From: Octopus sinensis
Taxonomy: Eukaryota
Direction of reading: 5' to 3'
DNA: 64,000 nucleotides
NCBI RefSeq assembly: GCF_006345805.1
Contig: NC_043021.1
Coordinates: 28,458,001-28,522,000, forward strand
The notes under the pieces were generated by a model, which ran no database searches, was not told where the DNA came from, and was given only the letters and a program-made list of their open reading frames with translations. A program made the position numbers and the translations under genes. Below are positions 40,055 through 52,214 of this stretch, in pieces. Numbering within the stretch: position 1 is the first letter of the stretch; the number at the start of each line of letters is the position of its first letter.

Positions 40055-40385
40055 TATGGCTCAGTGGTTAGAGCGTCGAGCTTACGATCGTGAGGTTGTG
40101 AGCTCGAATCCCGGACGGGCTGCGTGTTGTGTTCTTGAGCAAGGCATTTATTTTACGTTGCTCCAGTTCACTCAGCTGTAGAAATGAGTTGCGACGTCAC
40201 TGGTACCAAGCTGTATCGACCTTTGCCTTTCCCTGGATAACACTGGTGGCGTGAGAGAGGGGAGGCTGGTATGCATGGGTGACTGCTGGTCTTCCATAAA
40301 CAACCTTGCCCGGACTTGTGTCTAGGAGGGTAACTTTCTAGGTGCAATCCCATGGTCATTCATGACCGAAGGGCGTCTTTACCTT
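40055..40385 (+). mobile_element. tRNA(Arg)-like SINE with CORE-like centre (relative at about 59540-59790 -)
   Basis: tggctcagtggttagagc..ttACGat..tcgaatccc head; gtgttcttgagcaaggca..ttgctccagttcactcagctgtag. Confidence 0.75.
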
Positions 40386-41620
40386 ATATATGTATATATA
40401 CACATATATATATATGCAATATATATACATATACATATATACAATACACTAATGCTGTAGGGTAACCAGGCGTTGTAAATCTGGAATTATTTCTACTTCC
40501 CTCTTTTACTTAGGTGGCACGATGTGTATGATCCGAAACTTTAGATCCTTTTCCAATTAAGGCTGTCATTATCTTTTTCGTATATTTTCTGGGCGTGGAA
40601 GCGCAATGTCTCAGGGGTTAGGGCGGCGGACTCGCGGTCGTAGGATCGCAGTTTCGATTCGCAGTCCAGGTGCTGTGAGTGTTTTTTGAGCGAAAATGCT
40701 TGAAGCCCCACTAGGCTCCGGCAGGTGGTGGTGGCGAACCCTGCTGTACTATTTCACCACAACTTTCACTCTTTCAGTTTCTGTTGTACCTGTATTTCAA
40801 AGGGGCCAGCCTTGCGTCACACTCTGTGTCACGCTGAATATCCCCGAAAACTACGTTAAGGGTACATTTGTCTGTGGAGTGCTCAGCCACTTGCACGTTA
40901 ATTTCACGAGCAAGCTGTTTCGTTGATCGTATCAGCTGGGACCCTCGTCGTCGTACCCGATTGAGTGCCTCGACGATTTCCTATGCACACATTTTTGATA
41001 GTTGCTATTTTCTTTCTTTTTACTAATGTTTTATTACCACCTTTTGTACCTTTTTTTTTTACATATTACTCGTTTGTTTCATTATATCATTGTATTCTTC
41101 GTTTGCTCTGTATATATGCGTGTTTAGTTCATTCACATTGTTACATCTCCTTGTCTATCTCCTATTGCATGTTGCCACCGATAATTTTTGATAATTTGCA
41201 TTACGAGAATCTATTTTGAGCATTTAACACCATTTGTTTGTTTTTTTTTCGCATAATATTGAAAAACGCTTCAACAAACAATCCTAGGAGTAATTTGCCG
41301 AAATGAATGTATGTTTTACAAAGCATATAATACAACATGTTTTCCGCACACGTGCACTCATACACAACATCACTACATTTTGGTTGTAGCCGGTTATATT
41401 AAGTTATGTTACGTTAAGACGATTACGGCATTGTTTCAACAAACAATTATGTAAATCCCACTTTAAATGTATAAAATATGATACATGTTTTCTATATTTT
41501 ATTTGTATTATATATATATGTATATATATAGGGAGAGTTAACGAAAGAAACAAAAGACCAAGACAGGTGGTGTACAAAGCAAACAGATGTATTAGTATAA
41601 CGTTCAGGAATAGAAAAAGT

Positions 41621-41656
41621 TTTTTACGTTTCGAGCCTACGCTCTTCTACAGAAAA
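41621..41656 (-). ncRNA. Minimal hammerhead-like motif with CUGUAGA core, in a module spanning about 41540-41740
   Basis: Minus strand: tttt-CTGTAGA-A-GAGC-gtag-GCTC-GAAA-C-GT-A-aaaa. Confidence 0.45.
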
Positions 41657-42214
41657 GGACACAGAATAAAACAAGGAGAGAAAAAAATGTGTGTAGTGGC
41701 TAACGATCTATCATGGCGTCTATCATATATCCGAAAGAGAAGCACATTCTAAAGCATAGAGCAGTAATCTATTTATAAGTATTTCACACTATATTCGGTC
41801 ACACAGTGACCAATATAGACTCGGATGCTTATATATAAATACTCTTTTACTTCTTTCAGTCATTTGACTGTGGCCATGCTGGAGCACCGCTTTTAGTCGA
41901 GCAAATCTACCCCAGGACTTATTCTTTGTAAGCCTATCGGAGGTCTTTTGCCGTAAACACACCAGCATCGGTTGTCAAGCGATGTTGGCGGTGACAAACA
42001 CAGACACATAAACATATATTCACACACACATACAGACATATATATATATATAAACTTCTTTCAGTTTCCATCTACCAAATCCACTCACAAGGCTTTGGTC
42101 AGCCCGAAGCTATAGTAGAAGACATTTGCCCAAGGTTCCACGCAATGGGACTGAACCCGGAACCATGTGGTTCGTATGCAAGCTACTTATCACACAGCCA
42201 CTCCTACGTCTTGT

Positions 42215-42269
<55 letters not shown>

Positions 42270-42399
42270 GTGTATGTGTGTGTGTGTGTGTGTGTGTATG
42301 TGCGTGTGTGTGTGTGCGTGTGTGTGTGTGTGTTTTCATTTGGATATAATCGAAAATGCACCAATACTAGTTATTTAATCGACCCCGTCGTGAAAGATT

Positions 42400-43174
42400 T
42401 CATCATCATCATCATTGTTCGACCGTGGTCGAGACAATGGAATTTACCATGCTACGCCAGACTTCACCGTCCATCATGGCATTACGGAGGTCCTGTTTTT
42501 GGATGCCTGTATCCCTGGAGATTACATAGGAGAGTGTGCGCCCTCTGGTATTGCAAGTAGATGGCTTCCAGAGGAGAAGAGTAGAGATTACTTCTTTTTC
42601 AGCTCTACAACAATGTCCAGCAAACTGGACTCTCCTACCTTTCACAAGAGATGACACAGGTGGTAATTTCCCATATATTTGCATTGGTTGGGATGGCGCT
42701 TCCACGAGAGATTTTGAGCTCTCATAAGGAGGCGAGTGTAGGTTCCATCCAACCGCCTCTCAAGCTTCTTTGATAACGTCCAGGTTCCTGAGCCATATAG
42801 TAGAACTGGTTCGACTGTGGCTTTGAAGATTTCAAGTTTGAAGTCTCTACTTAGATTTGATGACCAGATGTTATGCATGTCATTACAGGCTGACCAGGCC
42901 ATACCCTTTCTAGTTAGAAAGTCTTTTCCAGATGATGATATGTATGAGCCAAGATATTTATAATCAGAAACCATATTTAAGAGGCGCATTGTTGAGAGTA
43001 TGGATGATGCAATCACTGTTAGACAGGCACTTGTTTATGTATTCAGTTTTGGCCTCATTGAGGTAAAGACCTACACAATTTGAGGGCTTGTTCAAGAGAT
43101 TGTAAAAGAGACTGGGCATTGGAGAGAGAGAGACACTGATAAGAGCGATGTCGTCAGCAAAGTCAGTGTCTGTC
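42400..43174 (-). mobile_element. RTE-clade LINE 3' fragment, same family as 31748-32080
   Basis: TDFADDIALIS..YKYLGSYI..FKATVEPVLLYGS.TWTL..LDGTYTRLLMRAQNLSWKRHP; (TGA)n tail. Confidence 0.88.
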
Positions 43175-44000
43175 AAGTACTCAGCTGGGTGTCTGGAACT
43201 TCTTTTTGGTTTTATTTCAAAGCCCTTGCCAAAGATTTCAAGTTAGTGGCTTCAGATTTTGGCACAAAGCCAGCAATGTTGGTGGAGGGTTACTTTGCCT
43301 TTCATCCTTTCGGAATCGAAAGAATGAAAGGCAAAGCCGACCACGGCAGTACTTGAACTCAGGACGTAAAGACGGACGAAACGCTGCTAAAGGTTTAGCT
43401 AGGCGTGCTAACGATTCTGCCAGCTCGCCGCTTTAGATAGATGAAGTATTCTATTTTGCTGAAGGCCTTGAAATTTTGTGGGAGGGGACTAATCGATTAC
43501 ATCGTTCCCAGTGTTTCACCGGTACTTAATATATCGACCCTGAAAGGATGAAAGGCAAAGTCGACTGCGGCGGAATTTGAACTCGGAACGTGAAGAGGTG
43601 GTGAATTACCGTTAAGAATTTCGCCCAGTGTTCTAACGATTCAGCCAGGTCGCCGCTTTAGCGAGATGAAATATTATTCTCTCATTGTTTTTATCAGCAT
43701 TTGAAAGCGGTCATTTGAAGATTATGCCTTAAAATGTGTTTCGCTCATAAACACACACATCACCCGGTCTGAGATTCGAACCCACGATCCCTCGACTGTG
43801 ATTCCGCTGCTCTATCCACTAGGCCATGTGTCTCCACAGCTCAGTGCCTTACGAAGTTTTAAATATTGGTTTCAAATTTTGATAACAACGCCAGTAATTT
43901 CGGGAAATAGTTAAGTCTGTTACAGCGATCGCAGTGCTCAACTGGTACTTATTTTATCGACCCAGGAAGGATGAAACTCACAGTCGACCGCGGCGAAATT

Positions 44001-44100
44001 NNNNNNNNNNNNNNNNNNNNNNNNNNNNNNNNNNNNNNNNNNNNNNNNNNNNNNNNNNNNNNNNNNNNNNNNNNNNNNNNNNNNNNNNNNNNNNNNNNNN
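44001..44100. other. Assembly gap (100 N)
   Basis: Direct reading. Confidence 1.
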
Positions 44101-46233
44101 ATGTATTGATATATATATGTGTGTATATATGTGTGTGTGTGTGTGTATGTGTGTGTGTAATTGAGTGTGCATGACTTCACACGCCTCAGCATATACAAAT
44201 TCAATCAGAAACTCCATAGAATAAAATATATTTCGTATCCTGGCTGAATAAAATGTAAGCTAAAAGCAGTAAAGCATCGTCGAAACCAAGGTTTCCACTT
44301 GTAATAAAGTGATTTATCTGCTCCTCGTATAACTCAGGTTGAAGAATTTAAATTATTTTTGTTTTCTTTCAAATTTATATTCATTCCATTTTTCTTTCAT
44401 TTCTTCATTTTAATCGTCTTCTTTTCCTCCGACAATTTCTTAAAGTCTCTTTTTGAAATCCTTTATACCTTAAACCATGTTATGCTCAGGGTTAAATATT
44501 TTAAATTAGTATAATGAAATTTTCATTTTTAGACTCGATGTTTTACATTCTCAGAAGGAAGATATGGAGGTCATAGTTTTACGTTTGTCAGAAAAGGAGC
44601 CAAAAGCTATTAAGCATTCTAATTAACTGTCGAAAGGAATAAAATGAAACTAGGCTTGATTGAGAAAAAAATTAAGTGGAGTCTATATATTAAAAACTAA
44701 GGAAATGTCAACAGATTAGGTATGAAATAATGCATTTTTAACTAAAGTATTGGAAGAAAACAATGCTGTCAATAATAGCGAGTAAAATATTGGGATTCGA
44801 CTCCCACGAGCAGCCTTCGACTTTTTCTATCCAAAGGGTTATTAGCCCAACATTTTACACGCTATTCTTTATAACTTTTAAGGCGGCAAGCTGGCAGAAT
44901 TGTTAAGCACGCCGGACAAAATGCTTAGCGGCATTTCGTCCGTCTCTACGTTCTGAGTTCAAATTCCACCGAGGTCAACGTTGCTTTCATCTTTTCGATG
45001 TCCATAAAATACGTGTCATAAAATTGAACTCTGGAATCGATGTACTCAATTTATCCTCTTCCTGAAATTGCTGGCCTAATGCCCAAATTTGAAACCGTTA
45101 CTTATAGTTTTATTTACTTCGAGTTTCAAGGTTAAACACGAATTATATCATGTTCTAACGAAGTTTCTAATTCCCTGCGAAATCAATAAAAGTCTTTTTA
45201 AAACCATCCAAACTTTCTATGACATTTCTATGAAATGGCTTGCTAAAGGAAAACATTTTTGTCAGTTTACAATATTTAAAATTTCTAACTTATTCGAAGA
45301 AACAACCTAAGTTTTATGCCATTAACACTATCAGTTCGTTCGATGAATCAACATTTCCCATTTCCACCTTATCTTAGAAAACTAGATGAAAGCATTTGAA
45401 ATGCTAAATCATAACATATGGGTTTTGTAGAATCGGATTGGAACAGAATACACCAACATCCCATAAACAGTTATATTAAGTAGCTTCTGAGAGAAGCATC
45501 ACATATAGCGCAACAGTTAATGATATCTACAGGCAGTAAAGCCCATGACAAGAGTCAACTATGAGACGGTTGTGTGTCAGGAGACAGTGAGACGGTGCTT
45601 GTCAGTGTAGCTGTTAACCTTCCATTTTATAAAAGGGACTTCCCTGTAACTTGGTCGACTAAATGTAAGTGAGGCAGTACGATTAACGCTTCGACAAAAA
45701 ATTTCTCATGAAAATATATTAGATTTCAGACAAATAAATATACACCCGCCTCGCTACTAAGAACAAAAGTAACGGAAACAATAATGATAATAGCATATCT
45801 TTATTTTTGATCGAGAACCCGAACATACAGGAAGCATCTTGTCTAAATGTAAAGTCATGTAAATTCTCGGCAAACACATTTATAAAATTTACTAATACGT
45901 ATTATTAAAAAAATCTACATAAAATAATTTTACACACACACACCACCACACACACACACACACTTCTGGGCACTTTGTCTTTGTACATCTCTGGAATAGA
46001 TTGATTTTATGGTCTTAAGAACTAGGATTTTTATCTTTTTCGTCTGTCTTCTACTTGTTTCAGTCATTAGACTGTGGCCATGCAGGAGCACCACCATGAA
46101 GTATTTTCGTCGAACGAATCGACCCCAATACTCATTTTTTCCGAAACGCTAAGGTTCAGAAACGTGATCCCACCAGCACTGGTTGTCATGCATTGGTGGG
46201 AGACAGGCACAAACACAAAGACGTACACACACA

Positions 46234-46275
<42 letters not shown>

Positions 46276-47115
46276 ACACACACACACACAACATACACAC
46301 TTATACATGTGATGCGCTTCTTTCAGCTTTCCATTACTAAATCCACCCACAAGGCTTATGGTCGACCCGAAGCTATAGTAGAAGATACTTGCCCAAGGTA
46401 CCAGGCAATGAGGTTGAACCCAGAAACGTGTGGTTGAGAAGCAAACTTCTTACCACCCCGCCACGTCTGCGCTTATACTTATGCCCAGCCTTTCCAACGT
46501 TAACATTGTTGTTGATCACATGTCCATACTTGATAGCCATGATGACAACGAGTCAAGAATCAATGTCAATATCCAAGTCGCTGACTATGCCTCACATCAT
46601 TTACCATTCAATGTAATCTAACACAACGCTCTAAAAAGGTGCGTGCGCACCACTTCTCACTGATTTTCCTGCTCATTTTCCGGTCATGAAAATCAGGTAT
46701 ACGCATCCATATACACAGCGCAGTTTATGAGAGCGTTATTTCTCTGGACACCGGCCTGAACATTCTTAATTACTCCTGTGGGGACATAACGAAAGCCCTT
46801 CCTGTCACAGGGGCATTGAATTCGATTCCATATACATATACATATAAACACACACACACACAAATGTATGTATGTATACCACACACACACAAACATATAT
46901 ATATATGTATATATATATATATTACTAACATTGTTGTTATACATACAAACAAGCATATGTAATGATAATAATGGGTGGATGTAAACACATGAACAAAATT
47001 AGAACAAAAGCAACAACAACAAAAACAAAATACAAATTACATGAATGTATATAAACAGAAGATACAAATATTACAGGCATCCCCCCCACACACACTAAAT
47101 AAACATAGACGCACA

Positions 47116-47432
47116 TAGAGATATAAGCATGCGCAAATGAAGACATACAATAGAAATACAAAATGGCTGACGGTTAGTAAGGGGAGACACAAATACGAAA
47201 GAAGAAAACAAAGGACCACTGATGCGGTCACAGAAGTGTGACGAAAGAACTCTGGCCGAAATATGATTAAGATTAATGTAAAAAATAAATATCACTGAAG
47301 CAAAATAACACCAAATATATAGTGCGTGTGTTTTTATTGGCTAAACTGGCAATATGACCATTCCGAAATATAACAATATCTGTTTCAACACACGACTTCA
47401 CATAAAAAATCTTGCGCAACAAATATTTAAAC

Positions 47433-47434
<2 letters not shown>
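47116..47434 (+). mobile_element. Second copy of the 39029-39473 module
   Basis: High identity to 39215-39473 plus the reverse complement of 39029-39085. Confidence 0.9.
47213..47257 (+). ncRNA. Type I hammerhead-like motif (A9-to-C variant)
   Basis: gg(a)cca-CTGATGC-g-GTCAC-agaagt-GTGAC-GAAA-G-aa-C-TC-tggcc: stems I, II and III all pair. Confidence 0.5.
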
Positions 47435-47488
<54 letters not shown>

Positions 47489-47506
47489 TAAACAATTGCA
47501 GCGTGG

Positions 47507-47625
47507 AATTTGTCAAAATATTTTCGTCGCTTTAAGACCGCGACCTCTTCACTGACAAAAATCCGTGCTGATTTTTGTCAGTGAACAGGTCGCGGATTTT
47601 AGCGAAGAAAATATTTTGACAAATT
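47507..47625. repeat. Imperfect palindrome, about 57-bp arms, loop cgtgct
   Basis: Direct reading. Confidence 0.92.
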
Positions 47626-47639
47626 AAACTTAAACGGTT

Positions 47640-47975
47640 AATATTGCTTAATATTGTATATATAATTTTTCAGATACTCTGTCTTCTAATTAGCCTTAAG
47701 ATTAAATTAAATAACGTTTAATATTACCCACACTCTAATATAATATTAATATTGCTAATATATTTTCAGATACTCTATCTCCTAATTAGCCTTAGATTAA
47801 ACAACGTTTTTATCCACACTCTAATATAATATTAATATGCTAATACATTTTCAGATACTCTATCCCCTAATTAGCCTTAAGATTAAATAACGTTTTTACC
47901 CAAATAACGTTTTTACACAAACTTTAATATTGTTAATATTTCTTTTTCAAGTACTCTATCTTCTAATTAGCTTAA
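47640..47975 (+). repeat. Four degenerate 85-96-bp tandem monomers immediately upstream of the CR1 element
   Basis: ttttcagatactcta..ctaattagcctta recurs at about 47667, 47763, 47848 and 47943. Confidence 0.85.
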
Positions 47976-48036
47976 TATCTTCCTGTCTTCTCTCGAACAT
48001 AATTAGATAGATAAACGGATAGACGGATTATCCAGC

Positions 48037-48944
48037 ATGTCCAGAGCATGGAGACGTGACGAGCTGGATTTATTCGTACGAGCATGGGAGTGCGCCGGCG
48101 GAGATAGCCCTAGGGAGGTGATTGCGGCTGCGCTGAAGAGCAGAGGCTACAAGAGGACAGCGGCTCAGATGGAGCGAAAGAGACAGGAATTCGTGCGCTC
48201 ATATGCGCTTGTACGGTCGCACATGGGCACTTGATGCCATCTTTGAGAACGAGCGGAGCAAAGATGGCAAGAATGGAGACGATGAAAGAAGTCACCCCCA
48301 CCTGGTGGACGCCGGGGAGGAGGTTTTGAATGAGAAACCTGCCCGGGAAGTGAACCCAGGTGCAAGTTCTCCAACCGGCAGCAAGGGCCATGGAGACGGA
48401 GAACCCGGTGAAGAGGTAGAGGGAGGAAGAAGAACTAAAAGAAGGACTGGAAGAGCTAAAGGAAAAGAAAAAGCTCAAGCAGGACCAAAGTGTGAAACAA
48501 CCAGAAATAGAAGTGGAACCGCAAAGGATGGAACACAAACAGCGCACACGGGTGTGTATGTTCTACCTGAGAGGTTCCTGCTGGCATGGAAAGGAAGGTG
48601 CAGGCTGCCGCTTTGCACATCGGGGACCCTGCCACAGAGACACGAGGCAGATGGACAAACCATCAACACAAAGAAAAGGGATGGACCACGCACCACCTGC
48701 CCCAAAACGGAGGTACGCAGATGTTGTGCGCTCCACAAACAGCCAACATGATGTCGAAAGAGCAGCTGCTGAGCAACAATCTTTTTTGTGCATGGCACAA
48801 AAGATTGTACAGCAGCTGACCTGGCTTCATCAAACCCAAGCCCGCAGGTGGGACTACCCACTATATACCAGACCACCACAGCAAACAGACACAGGATGGA
48901 CACCGCCGGCAACAACGTACACCTCACCTCGATACTCCTACTGA
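48037..48944 (+). CDS. LINE ORF1 (two frameshifts): Myb/SANT-trihelix-like N-terminus, E/K-rich coiled coil, CCCH zinc finger
   Basis: AWRRDELDLFVRAW..IAAALKSRGYKRTAAQMERK..ALDAIF; EEEELKEGLEELKEKKK; C-x7-C-x8-C-x3-H (CMFYLRGSCWHGKEGAGCRFAH). Confidence 0.7.
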
Positions 48945-51883
48945 ACATCAGAGGACTGCAAACACTCAGTAACAGGACAAAGATCCCGTTCCTGAGAGAC
49001 TTTGTTGCATGCAATCAAGCCTTATGCATAGCACTTACAGAAACGCACCTGAAACCGGACATAGCAGATGCGGAGTTACACATACCACAGTATGCTGTAC
49101 TACGGACCGACAGGAAAAAAGGAGTCATGGAGGTGTTGCTATGTACATCCGTGAGGACCTCACACCCCAGGTCCTCTTGTCATACTCAAACTCGGTGTGT
49201 GACACACTAATTGTACATATTAGGCAACTTGATGTAGTTGTGTGTGCTACATATCGCCCTCCAGATGCCCCAAGCCATGTGGGCAAGTTTGAAGACTGCC
49301 TTATAAAAATAGAAGAAATTCTAACCACATTAGAGCAACACATAGGTGTGCTTCTTATGGGAGACTTCAATCTGCCCATGTCAGATGGCCCGAGGGCCTT
49401 TCTCTCCCAGGAATGACAAGATGTGAACGAGGACAGGCGAGGTCCCTCCTGAACCTCATCAACACCCTGTACATGGAGCAGGTAATACTCCAACCAACCA
49501 GGGCAGGTAACACACTGGATCTCTGCTTCACAAATGACATGGATCTCATCCATAATGTGAAAGTGACACCGACACTACTCTCGGATCACAACATGATAGA
49601 GCTGACCATGTACGGGCCAAAAGAGAGCACGGACATGCAGCCTACAAGAAACCCTCAAAATCTTTCCAGCTTGAACTACCATAAGGCAAACTGGAAAAAT
49701 TGAGAAAGAGATCCTCAAACAAAACTGGCCTAAATGTCTCTCCTCGCCAGACATCGACGTGAAACTTCAACAATTCATGTCTGTAATGCAAGCCATATGC
49801 TACAAATGTGTCCCAGAGAGAAAGGCCACTGTACACAAGAACAAAATCCCCAGAGAGAGGAAAATTTTAATGAGACGGCGTACGAAATTTTCAAATCGCC
49901 TAAAACAACAGATTGAAAGCAGTGAAAAGTCCCGCCTAAAAATAAAACTGTTGGAAATCGAAAAATGTCTGCAACTCTCCCATGAAAAAGAAAGAGCAGA
50001 CAAAGAAGCCTGGGCTATAGAAAACATAAAATCTAACCCCAGAGCTTTCTACAGGTATGCCAAAGAAACAGCTACAGTGCACTGTAGAATAGGGCCACTC
50101 CTCGAAAAGGATGGCACACTTACAGGAAAACCAATGAGGGTAAGTGAAATACTGAATGAGCAATTCAAGAGTGTTTTCACTCCACCCCTTGGGCATCTCC
50201 AAATCACCAATCCAACTGACTTTTTTACCACTGCAGATATAAAATCAGAGGCGGCGACGATAGATTACATCGATATAAAGGAAGACGATGTAACCAAGGC
50301 TATAGATGAAATGAAAACAGACTCAGCTACTGGCCCCGATGGATTCCCGGCAATCCTCCTAAAAGCATGTAAGAGAGTCCTAGCAAGACCACTGCAGTTC
50401 CTCTTTCAGAGCTTCCTTGCAGCTGGCAAACTTCCAGGAAAACTGAAGGAAGGTAAAATATGCCCCATTCATAAAGGAGGTAGCAGAGAGGAAGCCAAGA
50501 ACTATAGACCTATCTCTCTGACCTCACATCAGCAAGGTCATGGAACGAATAGTCAGAAGGAAGCTGATCACCTTCCTTGAAGAGAATGACTTGCTGCCCG
50601 ACACCCAACATGGTTCCGACCAGGGAGAAGCTGTTTAACTCAGCTCCTACAACACTATGACTGGGTGCTGAAACGGCTGCTCAACCACTCAAATGTGGAA
50701 GTGATATATCTCGACTTTGCAAAGGCCTTTGATAAAGTCGATCATGGAATGATATGTCACAAACTGCGTGATCTCAACATAGTTGGAAAACTGGGAGAAT
50801 GGCTTCATGACTTTCTGAAGGATAGAAGTCAGGTGGTAGTAGCCAATGGGGCCACCTCCATTAACACACAAATAGTGAGCGGTGTTCCGCAGGGCACTGT
50901 TCTGGGACCACTACTGTTCATAATGGCCCTCTCAGACATGCCCTCAGCCACGCAGAGAGCCACGATCACAAGTTATGCAGATGATACAAAAGTTTCACAG
51001 GCAATACAGAACCCTGAGGACACTAAACACCTGCAATGTGAGCTGGACGAAATATACAAGTGGGCTGAAAAGAATAGCATGCAGTTCAATGCTGGAAAGT
51101 TTCAAGCTTTATACTATCAGCATGCAAAACTGAATGCAATACCCAATGAATACACTGGACCCGGAGGGATTGCAATCCCAGAGGCACAATCAGTGCGTGA
51201 CCTGGGTATTCACATGAGTGATGACGCGACCTTTCATGTACATGTTGCTAAACTGACAATGAAATGTAGACGGCTGGCTGGATGGATTCTCAGAACCTTT
51301 AGAACAAGAGAACAAGAAACCATGATGGTCCTCTGGAAGACACTTGTCCTAAGCCACTTTGACTATTGCTCTCAGCTATGGTCACCATCCAGTGTCAAGT
51401 TGATCACAGAACTTGAGGCGATCCAACGAAGCTACACAAAGAAGATAGCCTCTATGCAGAATGTAAGCTACTGGGAAAGACTCAAGAGATTAAAATTATA
51501 TTCTCTGGAGCGTAGGCGGGAAAGATATGCCATAATATACATCTGGAAGATCCTGGAGGGAGTGTCCTGAACTTTGGCATCGAGAGTTACGCAAATGCCA
51601 GAACTGGGCGCCACTGCGTGGTGCCTAGGACTCCAAACCTGCCATCAAGATGTAGGACAAGATTCTGTGATAGCCTGGGCTTCCGAGGCCCACAGCTCTT
51701 CAATATCCTCCCGAAGAACCTGAGAGACCTGCATGGGGTGGATGCAGATGTCTTAAAATGAAGCTGGATCTCTTCCTGTCAGGTGTCCCAGATGAACCAA
51801 CTTCACGGCAGGAGGGGCAGATGAGGGCAGCTGCATCGAACTCTCTCATGCACCAAATAGCAGTTGCTAGAAAGCCTCCATGA
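48896..51883 (+). CDS. LINE ORF2: APE endonuclease + reverse transcriptase (frameshifted as assembled)
   Basis: LLNIRGL, ALTETHL, GGVAMYI, YRPP, MGDFN, TLDL, SDH; YRPISLTS, YLDFAKAFDKVDH, GVPQGTVLGPLLF, YADDT, YWERLK.LKLYSLERRRER. Confidence 0.92.
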
Positions 51884-52111
51884 AGTGAAACCAAGTAGCA
51901 ACACCAAATGGCGGTGCCCCAGCATGGCCACAGCTCATAAGCTGAAACTAGAATCAATCAATCAATCAAAAATGTTGAAATGAATCGAACGGCTTTTGTG
52001 TGTTTCTTAAATGGCTTACAAACACCTTCCACGCTGTTTTCGTTTCAGCACACGATCTCAGATCAAATTACTTGCTATGCGAGTACATCTCCGTAATATA
52101 TATATATTTGA

Positions 52112-52172
52112 TTTTTTTTTTTTTTTTTTTCCAGTTTCAGCTAATGAGCTGTGGCCATGCTGGGGCACCGCC
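52112..52172 (-). mobile_element. Extremely 5'-truncated (42-bp) copy of the CR1 3' end with poly(A) tail
   Basis: Minus strand ggcggtgccccagcatggccacagctcattagctgaaactgg(A)n versus 51910-51951. Confidence 0.85.

Positions 52173-52214
<42 letters not shown>

Larger units (their letters stand above)
47990..51970 (+). mobile_element. Near full-length CR1-clade LINE with (ATCA)n tail
   Basis: ORF1 + APE + RT + 3' UTR in order; tail aatcaatcaatcaatca at 51952-51968; 5' boundary approximate. Confidence 0.92.

Noticed and set aside
40055-40125. tRNA genes (also 37355, 40595, 43760)
   Set aside because: A- and B-boxes are present, but no complete acceptor stem is evident and each continues into a SINE body.
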